Positions 12,756-23,733 are shown, counted from the first letter of the stretch. The stretch: 64,000 nt of DNA from Lama guanicoe (GCA_013239625.1 MU054413.1:11703109-11767108); one strand, 5' to 3'. The notes: a model not told the origin generated them from the sequence alone. Program-made: numbers and translations.

Positions 12756-13496
12756 TAGCAAATTCTTTTTTTTTAAATTATTTAATATTCCTTCTAATGT
12801 ACCATAGGAATTACTTCCCCAAAATGTTAATCACAGCTGGATTGAAAGAGTATTTGAGAAATGTGGCAATGTCATTTATGTAAGTAAATCACACTGTAAG
12901 TCTGCTGGAGAGCCAAAGGGATTTGCCTTCGTGGAATTTGAAACAAAAGAACAAGCACCAAAAGCTACTGAGGCAGGACAAGAACTTTTAGTCAGAACGG
13001 AGTGGGGAGGAGGGAAGGAACAGAAGTAGCTCTGAAGATGCAGAATGCCTGACTCCCAAATCACAAGTTTTAAAAATTTCTCAGAAAGACATCATTAGAA
13101 AAGAAGCTTCAGAAGTTTGCAAATAAATAAGTAAATACTTAAAAAAAGAAAGAAAAAAAGAAAAGAAAAAGAAAACCCCCAAACAAACAAACAAAACAAA
13201 GGTATTTATAAATTTAAGGTTAGGATTAGGTAAATAAGGTTTTCTTTTTTCTGAACTTATGTCTTTATTTCTTAACTTGATATTTAATTTACAGTTAGAG
13301 GTCTCTACTGAAGAAGAAAATGATACTGGAGATAGAAAAGATGGATCCCTCTTGAAAGCAAAAAGGAAGCATAAGAAAAAACATAAAGAGAGGCATAAAG
13401 TGGGAGAAGAGGTTCTACCACTGCGAGTACAATCAGAGTAAGTGAATGGTACAAATTATATTGTTGGCAATTGACACACTTCATAGCAAACTCTTT
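12756..13496 (-). mobile_element. L1-mediated retrocopy of an RNA antisense to LARP7 (likely miR-302/367 host transcript), including TSDs
   Basis: TSD tagcaaattcttt (12756-12768) / tagcaaactcttt (13484-13496); T9 at 12766-12774 is poly(A) on the - strand; ATTAAA on - strand at 12781-12786; TTT|AAAG L1-EN-type site. Confidence 0.75.
12808..13437 (+). pseudogene. LARP7-homologous fragments: an RRM1 exon (12808-12972), the 3' part of a later exon (about 12991-13130) and the [12 protein letters not shown] exon (13295-13437), with LARP7-sense intron ends retained
   Basis: [55 protein letters not shown]; [13 protein letters not shown]...KDII; [44 protein letters not shown] match LARP7; flanked by catag|, |gtaaat, ttacag|, |gtaagt; stops and frameshifts in the middle block. 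Confidence 0.9.
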
Positions 13497-14229
13497 AAAG
13501 GACCTTTTTAGGGGGTGATTTGGCCATAAAGCAGTCTCATGACATGAACCCTAAAGGTGATCTTTTAAAAAAAGTGAGGCTCTAGCGTTCTGAGCTCTGC
13601 GCTCAGTGTCATGGTGTGGCTGGTTGAATTCAGGGTCTTGCTTGATGGCAGCACCCCCCACCCCCGTCATGGGGCATCTCACAAACCCTGCAGACTGCCT
13701 TTTGTCACCAGGTCCTAAGCCTGGACCCAGAGTCACGCTTGGGGAGGGTGCAGCCACAACGGGGGGCCTGGCCCCAGCTGACAGATGGCCTGGCAGGAAC
13801 CTCTGGGTGGAGAGCTCTGGGATCCTGTTCCCATCTCACCACCATTTATGTGTTGTAAGTCCCTGGGGCCGAAGGACAGACATAGGCCCAGGGCAGCCTG
13901 GAATGTTGTGCCCCCAATTTGGCCCTCAGTTTTCAAAGGAAAATGCAGAGCTTTGAGGGGTTAATCACTAAAGACCTTTCTGCTGGGTAGCTGAAGCTGG
14001 TAGCCAAGTTCACGCTGAGAAGCAGAAGAATTAGGCCCAGGCTGCTGTGCTCCACTTTCGGGTCAGGGGCCAGGTGAGATCACACAAAAGGCAAGGTGAG
14101 TCCACGCTCTTCCCTGAAGACATTGGAATACTGTCTTTCCCTCTGTGGAAGCACTCCAGTGAAATGAAGAAGGAATGCTAGGATTAGAATATCTCCCCTT
14201 TGCAATCCCTAACGAGTGGACAAAGCTAG

Positions 14230-14855
14230 GGAAGGGGCATCAGAGAGAACAGGGCACTATGTGCCTCCTGATGGAAGAAAGCTCCATCACTGACCAAGCA
14301 GTCATGCGAAAAAGTTTTGAACCTGAATCTAGTTCAGCCTCTGGATCCAACTGCCAACTTATAAGAAACTTAGACAACACCAGGAGGATGGAATTCACAG
14401 AATCCAGACTGTGGGAAACCCCACAGGACAAATGGCCCAGCTTCCTCAACAAATAGATTGCTAAGAAAAAAAAGAGAAAGATGAAGGGGGAACCTATGAC
14501 TTCTAGGAACTTAGCCAATTGTAATGTGTGGACTTATTGGAGCCTGAATCAAACACATTTTTTTTAAAAAACTGACATTTATAATGCAACTGGAATTTCA
14601 ACAATGGATATTTGATGATATTAAGTTAATTATTTTTAGTTGTGATAATGGTATTGTGGTTATTTTGTTAAAAAATAGCCCGTGTCATTCTGAAATATTC
14701 ACAGATAAAATACTATGTCTAGGGGCATGTGGGTTCGGGCAGAGCTGAACCGAACTTGGTCATCAGTTGATGATCGCAACGGGGTGTGTGGGTTCATTGC
14801 ATTCTTTTGCTATTTTTGTGTATGCTTAAACTTCTCTGTAGTAACATATAATGTT
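14230..14855 (+). mobile_element. Old L1M (L1MC/MD/ME-like) 3' fragment
   Basis: atggatatttgatgatattaag...tgtgataatggtattgtggttat. Confidence 0.55.
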
Positions 14856-14974
14856 TTAAAAAGAATACCCCAGGGCCTTATCTGCATGGGGTGGTTGGTA
14901 CGGGCGATGGTAGTGGAGAACAGAATCATGATGGGAGGGACCCCTTCTAACAACTCAGCAACCGTGAAGAAGAC

Positions 14975-15120
14975 CGTCTTTTATCAGATGCCTGTGAGCG
15001 GGGCACTGTGCTAAGCCCCCTCTTTGTGTTGCCTTATTTCACCTTCACAGCACCTGTGAGACGTACTATTGTTATCCTCCCCTACAGGTGAGGAAACTGA
15101 GGTTCAGAGAGGTTAAGTAT
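14975..15120 (-). repeat. MIR
   Basis: cctacaggtgaggaaactgaggttcagagaggttaagt. Confidence 0.7.
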
Positions 15121-15309
15121 AGAAATGATAAAGAAGATAAAATTTTAAAAAGATAAACTTGTTTTGTTTGTGAGAAGCCAGGACACACTTCAAAACAGCT
15201 CAAGATTAAGGCCACAAGGGGGAGTCTTTCCACACGGAGGGAGTTAAGGGCAGTGGGTAGGGCCTGGGCTTTTTGTTTTGTTTCTTCCCCCCAGTGCTGT
15301 CCTAGACAT

Positions 15310-15530
15310 TTCATTCATATAAAATCCAAAACAGATGCAAACCCTCTGTGCTGTTAGAAGACAGGATAGTGGTTACCCTTGGAGGGATGAGGGGGGACTA
15401 GTGGGGCTGCTGGTAAGGTTCTGTTTCATGATCAAGGTGCTGGTCACACAGTTGTGTTCACTTTGAGAAAAATTCGTCAAGCTGTGCACTAGAGATCTGT
15501 TTTTGTAGAATACTTCAATAAAAATTTCAA
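15310..15530 (+). mobile_element. L1ME-like 3' end
   Basis: gttagaagacaggatagtggttacccttgg...cttcaataaaa. Confidence 0.6.
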
Positions 15531-15708
15531 AACTATTTGCATATCTAAAACAAATTCATTATTCTCTGGTAATGCTGCTCAGTTATACCCACAGGCAGGG
15601 TTTGGTGGACGTGGTCCACCAAGCAGGGATTGACAATAACCGACTTCACAAGAACATGCCAAAACAGTGGCTCTCCCCAGCACCTCGCCCGAAGTCTCAG
15701 GACCTTAC

Positions 15709-15808
15709 CTATATCTTCCTTGAGGTCAATTTCGGCTGTGGTTGGGTGGACAATGCCCTCCACTCTCATGGAGCCAATATGGCTGATGTCACTCTGGGTC
15801 AAGGACAG
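15709..15808 (-). CDS. MACROH2A2: macroH2A2 exon 6
   Basis: atgcag|CTG TCC...ATA G|gtaagg; 100 nt; LSLTQSDISHIGSMRVEGIVHPTTAEIDLKEDI. Confidence 0.98.
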
Positions 15809-17245
15809 CTGCATTGGGAAGAGAAGATGGAGAGTGTGGGGAGATCAAGTCCTATGAAAAACCTTCATGTTTTACACCACATCTGTTTGTTGTCTCAATT
15901 ACCTATACTGACCATCGACTGAAAGGGCTGTACCTGGGGCGCCCGTCTCAAGTGTCCCGGGCATGTGGTTGTCAATAGGCTCTTTTGAGCTCAGTGGATT
16001 TAATGTTCACTCTGAGGCGAGCAGCATGCCACAAACCTGCCTCCCCTTCCAGCAGCAGAACAGGACCTGCCCTCCTCCTCTTTTCCTTACAGCTTATGCC
16101 TTCGTTTCCAACCCGCGTGGCCTCCATGTTCGGGGTCAGATTCTCTGAGTAGCTCCTGCAAGAAGCTACTCAGTTCCCTGCATTCTTTCCAGAGCAGCAC
16201 AGACTTTTGGGGGCACGGATGCAAAGGCAACCACTCTGCTTGGGAGAAGTGATGGGCTCCAGGATTCTGACCCGCCTACGTCTGGCCGTCTTGCCTTTTG
16301 GGACCATATGCTTGGGGCTACACTTGTGAGGTGCTGCCCTCTGTGTTCACAGCTGAGTGGAATGGAAGGCATTCAGCGTTGTCTCCCATGTGAGCTAGAA
16401 CTTCCCGCTCCCCTAGATCAGGGAGAGAAAGCTAATCATCACATAACCACGGACTGCCCCCGGAGTGGACATAAATTCCACCTCTTTGCTTTCCTGCTTC
16501 CATCAGTGATGAATTAGCAACCCACCACGTTTATGCTCTTCTCAAAACACGCTCTTCCCAATTGCCTCGACAGAGGTTCGTACTATTGTCAGGCTGCAAA
16601 CATTCGCAATCCGAGATGTGATTAACTGACTGTTTCCGCGTGTATCTTATTTCAGCCCCAGTTGACTTGGGAGATAAATTGTCTGTTATGCTTGTGGGAA
16701 TGAATTATTTGCATGTCTGGCTGGGCTGCTGTTATGCTGCTGAAAAATGTTCAAATGTATAACCCTGTTTGTTTTCTGTCTGCAGTCTAGAAAGGCAAGC
16801 AGACTGAATTATTGGCAAATAATTCATCTCTAACACAAGGGATATTTGGGGAACATATCTTTCTATTTTCTGCCTTTGAAAAATGACATGACACCATATA
16901 AAGCGGGCCTCCCAAAGGCTGGTTGAGAAAGCTAGCTACGGATATTTTGGTAGGCACAGAGGTAACTGGGGCACAGAGACAAGAAAGATACTGACCAGAA
17001 AGATCCACTACGTGCACGTCTGGCTGACCACTGTCAGCATGAACAATTCTCAGCACTAAAGAGCCTGTTTTTCCTTACAATGCAGACATTGCCATAGCTC
17101 TTTAGTTTAAAAATGAATAATTCAAGACCAGAGTGAAAGTCGTATTCGGGGAGGAAGGGATGAAGGAAGCATCATTGCTTGTGAACAGTAGGTTATAAAA
17201 ATGCAATAGTGTTTTACGGCACCACATTTCAATCCTCTTTGTTAC

Positions 17246-17356
17246 CTTCTGCCCTAGAACAAGGCTCTTAGAAGACAAGATGGTGAATCCATCCCCTGGC
17301 CCATCTTCAGAGGTGGAATTTGAAGTTCCTTCTTTATCGCCGTCCTTTGGTTTGGA
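17246..17356 (-). CDS. MACROH2A2: macroH2A2 exon 5 (linker to macro domain); not in the ORF track
   Basis: cccag|TCC AAA CCA...CAG AAG|gtaac; 111 nt; SKPKDGDKEGTSNSTSEDGPGDGFTILSSKSLVLGQK. Confidence 0.97.
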
Positions 17357-17796
17357 CTGGGTAGAAATCAGAAGAACAGATGAGAAATAATCCAGAACAA
17401 AAGCCCAAAGTGGCTTTATTAAGTCCTTCCCCTGGCTCCCACCAACTGGGATATGAAAGGAAGTGGTCAGGTGTTATGTTCTGTTATTCTCGGCAGAGGG
17501 AAGCAAGAGACAGCAATATGAGGAAAAGAAAAGAATACAGCAAAAAATAGAGTGTGTTTAAGGGGCTCACATGTACCCACGGTCCTCACTCAAACCTGGA
17601 CACGGGTATGTTATTCTTGGTCTTTTCAACACCTGCAGCTTCTGATAATAAGCCAAGTGGGGTCATTCACAGCACACCGCTCAACCTCCCTTCTCCCCAG
17701 GATTTCCCTGGGGCACAGTGGCTGAGAAATGAACTCTTATATCATCTTTTTTGCTATCATGCAGGACTGTGGAATGAAAACTGACTAGCTCTGAAG

Positions 17797-17977
17797 CAGC
17801 GCTGTCCAATAGGACTGCCTTCCTTCATGAAAATGGTCTGTATTTGAGCTGCTCAGGGCTGTTGAGCACTTGAAATGTGGCTGGTACAACCAAGGAACTG
17901 AATATCATGTAGTTTTAATCAATTTAAATTCAAGTTTGAATAGCCACATGTGGCTAGCAGTTGCTGTACTGGGCAGC
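17797..17977. mobile_element. MER3-like hAT-Charlie DNA transposon
   Basis: cagcgctgtccaatag...gagcacttgaaatgtggct...tagccacatgtggctag...tgggcagc. Confidence 0.7.
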
Positions 17978-18417
17978 CTCTGAAAGTATTACTCTATAGG
18001 TGGCCTCTCTAAACTATAGCTCCTTAGCACATCAGATTATCCAAAACACCTGAAATGCCATTGCACTCAGGCCATCTGTGGGCGGCTAGACTGGTTTCAG
18101 GGTGCAACCTGGAGCTCTGGGGAGGGATGGAAAGCAGAGTCCCAGGCCAGTATCTCTCACTTAAGATTTTGGTGGGGGCAGTGGAAGGGATCTAGAAACA
18201 TGGAAACCACCTCTGTTCTGGATTTGGAAACCTCTGGGAGACCCGGCTTGATGATCTGAGCACATCTCAAAGGCTCTTTATTCTCTTCCACAGACATTCT
18301 TATCATTTTCTCAGCACCAAGCTGAGGCCAGTTCCCGGTCCTTCAGGGATGCTGGCCACACCCTCCTTTTTTGATTGTTCAACTTTCCTCCTGTTCTGTG
18401 ACAGTCCCTGGGCTCAC

Positions 18418-18615
18418 CTTTTTGGACGTCCGTGGTTTGGCAGCCTTGGATTTCTTGCCTCCCTTCTTGCCCGATGTGGCCTTCCTTCCTCTCTTCTCTG
18501 GGGGAGGGGAGAGAATAGTTTCCGACTTGCCTTTGGTCCCTCGCTTTTTGGCCAGCAGTTCAGGGTGAATTCTGGGCAGGACACCCCCGCTGGCAATGGT
18601 CACTCCTTTTAGCAG
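18418..18615 (-). CDS. MACROH2A2: macroH2A2 exon 4 (end of histone fold plus basic linker)
   Basis: ttcag|CTG CTA AAA...AAA AAG|gtgagc; 198 nt; LLKGVTIASGGVLPRIHPELLAKKRGTKGK...AAKPRTSKK. Confidence 0.98.
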
Positions 18616-18682
18616 CTGAAGAGAGACAACGTATGAGCTCAGACAGCAAAGAGCTTGCTGGTTCTGGATTTAATACAGTTCT

Positions 18683-18810
18683 TTTTCTTCAGTGGTGGGG
18701 AGAGATGATATTTATTTATTATCATTATTATTTTTTTATTTAACAGAGGCACTGGGGATGGAACCCATGACCTCGTGCATGCTAAGCACTGAGCTACCCC
18801 CTCCCTCCCC
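18683..18810 (-). mobile_element. Vic-1-like tRNA-derived SINE with 13-bp TSD
   Basis: TSD ttaatacagttct (18670-18682 / 18811-18823); body similar to 26803-26916 with an internal deletion. Confidence 0.85.
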
Positions 18811-19267
18811 TTAATACAGTTCTAATTGTTGGCAAAACAAGTGTTAAATCTGGTCTCTGCTTTCCAAAGAAACCGCATATAATACACGATTTAACTGGCT
18901 TTCCCTGTCACATGTGTGAGCTTTTCTCTGTAGGTATCAAGGCATCCTGTGATCTTCTACAGAAAGCAAAACAAGCAGAGCAAAATGAAAGCATATAGAG
19001 GCTGGAGCCAGCGATGTTGCCCAGAGCTCTGAAATTCCAGACATAACAGAGGATAAAGAGCTTCAGACATGGGAGCACAGCTTGACAAAATGAGGTTCAA
19101 AGGTTAATGCAAGGGCTAGACCCAGTTAACAACAGACCCATGGCCTTCACTCTCCTTTGATCATGAAAATTCCATCAGTAAAATATGTTTGACCATGTAC
19201 CTCCCGATTGATATGTTTACTTTAACTAATCGACATGAACTACCACACTAACATTCCACACCCTATA

Positions 19268-19550
19268 GCAGCGCTGCTCCAAGTGTGGTCTGCAACCAGG
19301 GCTGCTCCACAAGCTATCAGTGACATGTCTGTGACAAAAGGAGTACAGAAATCATGAGGAAGAATCTAGTCAATCGACAGTTATTGTCTATCTATTGGAT
19401 CTAGTAACAAAAAAATTGTAGCTTATAGTTTATATGGTTTTGGTTTTAAACTTTTCTAGTAATTATTTTTTATTGTATTTTTGGAAGTTATCCATGATGC
19501 ATTGGAAATAAGAACTGATTCTTCACCACAGACAATTTGAAATAATACGA
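19268..19550. mobile_element. hAT-Charlie-type DNA transposon remnant
   Basis: cagcgctgctccaagtgtggtc...ttcaccacagacaatttgaaa. Confidence 0.5.
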
Positions 19551-19650
19551 TTAGAAAATTAATATAAAGTTCTTATATTATCTACCTGCTACCTTGCACA
19601 GATTTGGCGGGGGGTCAGGGGGTAGGAATTCACTCAATTTTGGAGTCAGT

Positions 19651-19741
19651 TCTAAAATATAAAGGGTCAGTTTTGATATATAAAGAAGGACACATCTAAA
19701 ATATAAAGGGTCAGTTTTGATATATAAAGAAGGACACATCT
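19651..19741. repeat. Perfect 44-bp tandem duplication
   Basis: tctaaaatataaagggtcagttttgatatataaagaaggacaca x2. Confidence 0.95.
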
Positions 19742-20079
19742 GCCCTCATCAGAATAAATCGCCAACAAAGTATGGGCAAAGAAACCATAAAGAGAATAAC
19801 ATATGTGCATTGCACCTTCCCCCGGCAACACACAGAGAGGAAAAGAAGTTCTGGCCAGACTGAGAATATATAGTGGGATCTATTCTAGAGACAACTCGAT
19901 TTTGAATGTAAATGATGCAGCTAGTGGAACCTATTCTTCCCTTACACAATCTGAATTTTCCAGTATAAATGTGCCTGGGCACTGATGCAGGAAGGACTTG
20001 TAGCCAGCCAGGTCCCTGTGCAGTAGCAGGGGACTTTGGCAGGCCCATTTCGTGGTTGGCGTCAATGCTTCATACGTAC

Positions 20080-20186
20080 CTGATTGAGTTCTTCATCATT
20101 GGCAACTGCCAGCAGGATGTGTCTTGGGGCTATCCGGGCCTTCTTGTTGTCCCTTGCGGCATTCCCAGCCAATTCTAGAATTTCCG
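20080..20186 (-). CDS. MACROH2A2: macroH2A2 exon 3 (H2A histone fold); not in the ORF track
   Basis: ttcag|CG GAA ATT...AAT CAG|gtacgt; 107 nt; [35 protein letters not shown]. Confidence 0.97.
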
Positions 20187-20429
20187 CTGAAATTTCAAGG
20201 GAGGGTTAATAGGCAATCATGGAATGGGGTCTGAGCTTTCCAAAGCTTTTCTTTGGAAATGGTCTTTGAGTTTGATCACTTTTATTCATTTGTGATTTTT
20301 ACGTCTGGGCCTGGGAAGAAATCCAGAAAACCGAAAAGAACTCAGGTCACAGACAAGTAAGATATTTTAGCAAGATCTGACATATGACCCTGTGGCAAAA
20401 TCTTTTAATTGCCCTCGACATGAATTCTC

Positions 20430-20850
20430 CCCCATCTTCCTTAGTACGTGGACCTCTGATTTTTTGCTGAGCCCATAATCACAGGAATGAAGACAGCATA
20501 TCCCAGCCTCCCTTGTTGTTAAGCATGGTCATGTGACTAAGTTCTGGCCAATGAAAGGCAAGCAGTTGTGTTGTACGGTACTTCAGGGAAGTGTCCATCA
20601 GTGAAGGGACAGTGCCCTCCTTCCCTTCCTACTGGTGGACGGAGGACACGATGGCTGGAATTTGAGCAGCCATCTTTGACCAAGAGGAAGAAGTTGTGTA
20701 TGATAGAGCAACAAGACAGAAGGAACAGGAATCTCACGACTGTGGAGCCTTCTTACAGACCTGGACTGTCTTCCACAGACCTCTTTTGTATGAGAGAAAA
20801 ATAAACTCTCTTGTTCAAGCTACTGTCAGCAGAAGTCAATCCTGACCAAA
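20430..20850 (+). mobile_element. LTR16/LTR33-like ERVL solo LTR
   Basis: tcccagcctcccttg...catgtgactaagttctggccaatg...gagagaaaaataaactct. Confidence 0.65.
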
Positions 20851-23288
20851 ACAGAACCCTAACACAGAACCTGAGTTTCTTTCAGTGTGCAGACAGCCGT
20901 CATCTCTGAGGAGAATAGTGATGTAGGTAAAGCCTGTCTTTTGTACCATTGAGACCCCTTTCAAAATCTCTTTTCCTTCTTCACTTGTTGCCCCTGGTCC
21001 CTCTCATCCTAAAGGAAAGTGGGCAGAAAGAACTTATGGGACAAGGAACTGCTTAACCTGAAAAAGGAATTCCTAATGGGGATACCTCTAGACCTGGGGA
21101 GGGAGGTTTGCTGGCACCCAGGGGTTTTCCACATATCCCTCAGGACTTAAGCATGGCTCCCTGGTACATGTGAAAGAGTTGATAGAAGGGAATATTCCTA
21201 AAACTATTTCACATACTATCAAAGTTTTTGATTAAAAATTTTAAAAAATCTATAGAATTGGTTTATACCCCTGAATGCTTTCCCCTTCCTCCTTTGTTTT
21301 TCCTTTCTTTCTCAATTTTTGAAGGATGTTCTGCTAAATCAAATTCATCTGCCTTCAAAAGTATGAATGAACCTTTAAAGAAAAACCCCTTCCCTAGAGG
21401 AAGGAGGTGATATGCCAATGTGTTGTCTCTCTTATACGTGGGGGAAAATTGTATGTGCACGTGTGCATGAATGTGTTGTGTGTGTATATGTGTGCAGGCC
21501 GGTGTGTGTTGGGGGGATTTGCTGGTACAATGGCATAAATACTAAACACTAAAATTAACAGGCAATTCTGCATGAGTCTTTACAATCAACCTAATTTCAA
21601 ACAAAATTGCACGTGCAATTGCCATAATTCATAAAACCTATGGCAATAAAATAAAAACCTGGCATAAGTGTGCCATATTAACTAAGCAAATGTGATTAAC
21701 GAAAAATTAGAATAAAATAAGCATTAGAGTTAAATATTTATATGGCATTTCCATAATGAAAAGCGCTAAATCACTGCAAATTCATTCTCACAACATCTTT
21801 TCCAGGTTATTAAGCAAGGAATATTGTGTTTACCAACAATTCGTTTATATAGTCAGTGCGTTTTCTGAATCAAAGATTGGGGCACTGTACTTTGAGAAGG
21901 ATGAGCAGACTCATTGAGACTAGAGGACAGAGTATTTGAAATTAATGCTGTATTAGATATGTGGTTTGCTGCATTCAGACTGCTGCCCAACCTCTCTTTC
22001 TTCTAAAAAGGGCACCCGTCATAAAGAAGTGTAGTTACAAAGCTTTCACCAGTAGGCTTGCTTTATGACTCTAGGTTAAAATGTACAGCTCCCCCCTCAG
22101 CACAATAAAAAGGAGTTTCCTGTACCTGCTGATCCTGGGGGCCCCACACCTGGAAGGAAGGAGCACAAAACTCACCCCTTTTTCCAGATGGGTGGGAGGG
22201 GTCAAGGAGCCTCCCAGTTTTAAGCTTCTGAGGAGTTGAATATAATTTTGCATCTTGGACCATCACTGTCTTGTCTCTGTCACCTGCATTTAGAAGGAGC
22301 AGTTAAGTATCCTCTCAAGTTCATCAAATTAACCATCAGCATGAGAGGAAGAGCCAATGGGAAGCCCTACATGCTTGCAGCCCTCAGGAAGCCCCTGAAG
22401 GCTAGGTTATTTTCAGCTTGACAGACAGATGCACAGACGCTAGATGCACAGACGGAAAATCTGCCGCCGTCGAATGCGGCAACAGGAAGAGGCTAAAGGC
22501 AGCGATTCAGCAGGAGGCACGATGCTGCCACACGGGTGAGGCTTGGCCCCAGAACTAACTCTTTTGAAATCATTTATAAGAAAGAAAACCTTGATCAGGG
22601 GCTCTAGTGCAAAAGAAGAGGTAGAACTTTTTTTCCTTAAGGAGAAAAAACTTAAGGCTACACAGCAGAAAATCTAGACCAATGAGTTCTTTTCTCTGTT
22701 GGATGTTTAGTCTGAACATTCCTTGGGTCAGACTTCACCATTTAAATGTCTGAAATAACATTAATCATGATTAATATTTTCTAATGTTGCTATAAAAAAT
22801 ATATTCACCTGAACTATAAAAGTTTGCTACATTCTTGAGTGATTTTATTGATCTTGGGAACACAAGTATCCTTGTGTGAACTGGCAATCAATAGGAAAAC
22901 TGAATTTATATAGCACACATTTGTTTCACTGCAAATTTTGTGGGAAGATCATTACTTGGTTAAGTGGTGGAGATTTCCACAGAAGTCTAGAGACTTCTAT
23001 AGCAAACCTCTCACTTCTCACAAGCCACACTTCCAGCAATAGTAACCATTTGGAATACAGCTGAGTATTTGATAGTAAAAAGAATGATTTCTGTAGCCAA
23101 AAAGGATGTTGAAAAGCTCATCACGCACATTATTTTGGAAGAGCCTGTATCCTCTCATTTTGTACACAATCTAAACCAACACTGGATAATTCCAGCCACA
23201 GGAGATGGAAAATAACACACAGTAAATGAAGGCTTGGGACAGAAAATATGAGTGTCTCCTTCCCCGGCCTCTGCTCACTTGTTCCATT

Positions 23289-23307
23289 TTCCCACTAGGT
23301 GGCAGTG
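23289..23307 (+). promoter_or_regulatory. Candidate CTCF site
   Basis: ttCCCACTAGGTGGCAGtg, close to the CTCF core consensus. Confidence 0.55.
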
Positions 23308-23733
23308 CCCCTGGGCCCTCTGCTCCGCTCAGGCCATGCAGTTTTCTGGGAAACCCATCCATTCACGATTCTAGCTTCCACTCTCCTTCCCACGTCACCA
23401 AATCTGCACCTTCAGCCCTGCTGGGATGTCACCTGGTAAATCAAACTCACCACATCCCCAAATCCAAATCACTCCCGGAAAAGAGCTCCTCCCACCAGTC
23501 TTGGGACTGGCAGCTCCATCCACGCACAGACCTGGGAGTCATTCCCTACCCCTCCCTCTTCTTCGCCCTTCCTTCTCTGGGCCTTGTCACTCTTACACAC
23601 CTTTGTGCCTCTTCTCCACACTTGTTGCCATTATCCAAGTGAAGGCTCTCTTCTCTTCCAGCCCAGGTAATTGTAGTGGCTGTCTAAGTAGTTTCCCTGC
23701 TCCCAGTTTTGTCTTCCTTCAGATCCATGCCAA

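Noticed and set aside
12808-13441. Functional LARP7-derived protein-coding gene
   Set aside because: Fragmentary, with no start exon and with stops and frameshifts in the middle block; one RRM exon staying open for 55 codons is compatible with a fairly young neutral copy.
13444-13600. Intact miR-367 or miR-302 hairpin in or beside the retrocopy
   Set aside because: Neither AATTGCACTTTAGCAATGGTGA nor a TAAGTGCTTCC-type sequence is visible on either strand, and the insert ends at the TSD.
16960-17056. Minus-strand peptide LRIVHADSGQPDVHVV in intron 5 resembles the macroH2A1.1-specific exon (LQVVQADIASIDSDAVV), suggesting a relic mutually exclusive exon
   Set aside because: Similarity is short. 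The nearest AG is 2 nt out of the required phase and there is no GT donor at the expected ~91 nt. As I recall, the 1.1 exon lies downstream rather than upstream of the 1.2-type exon. Likely chance.
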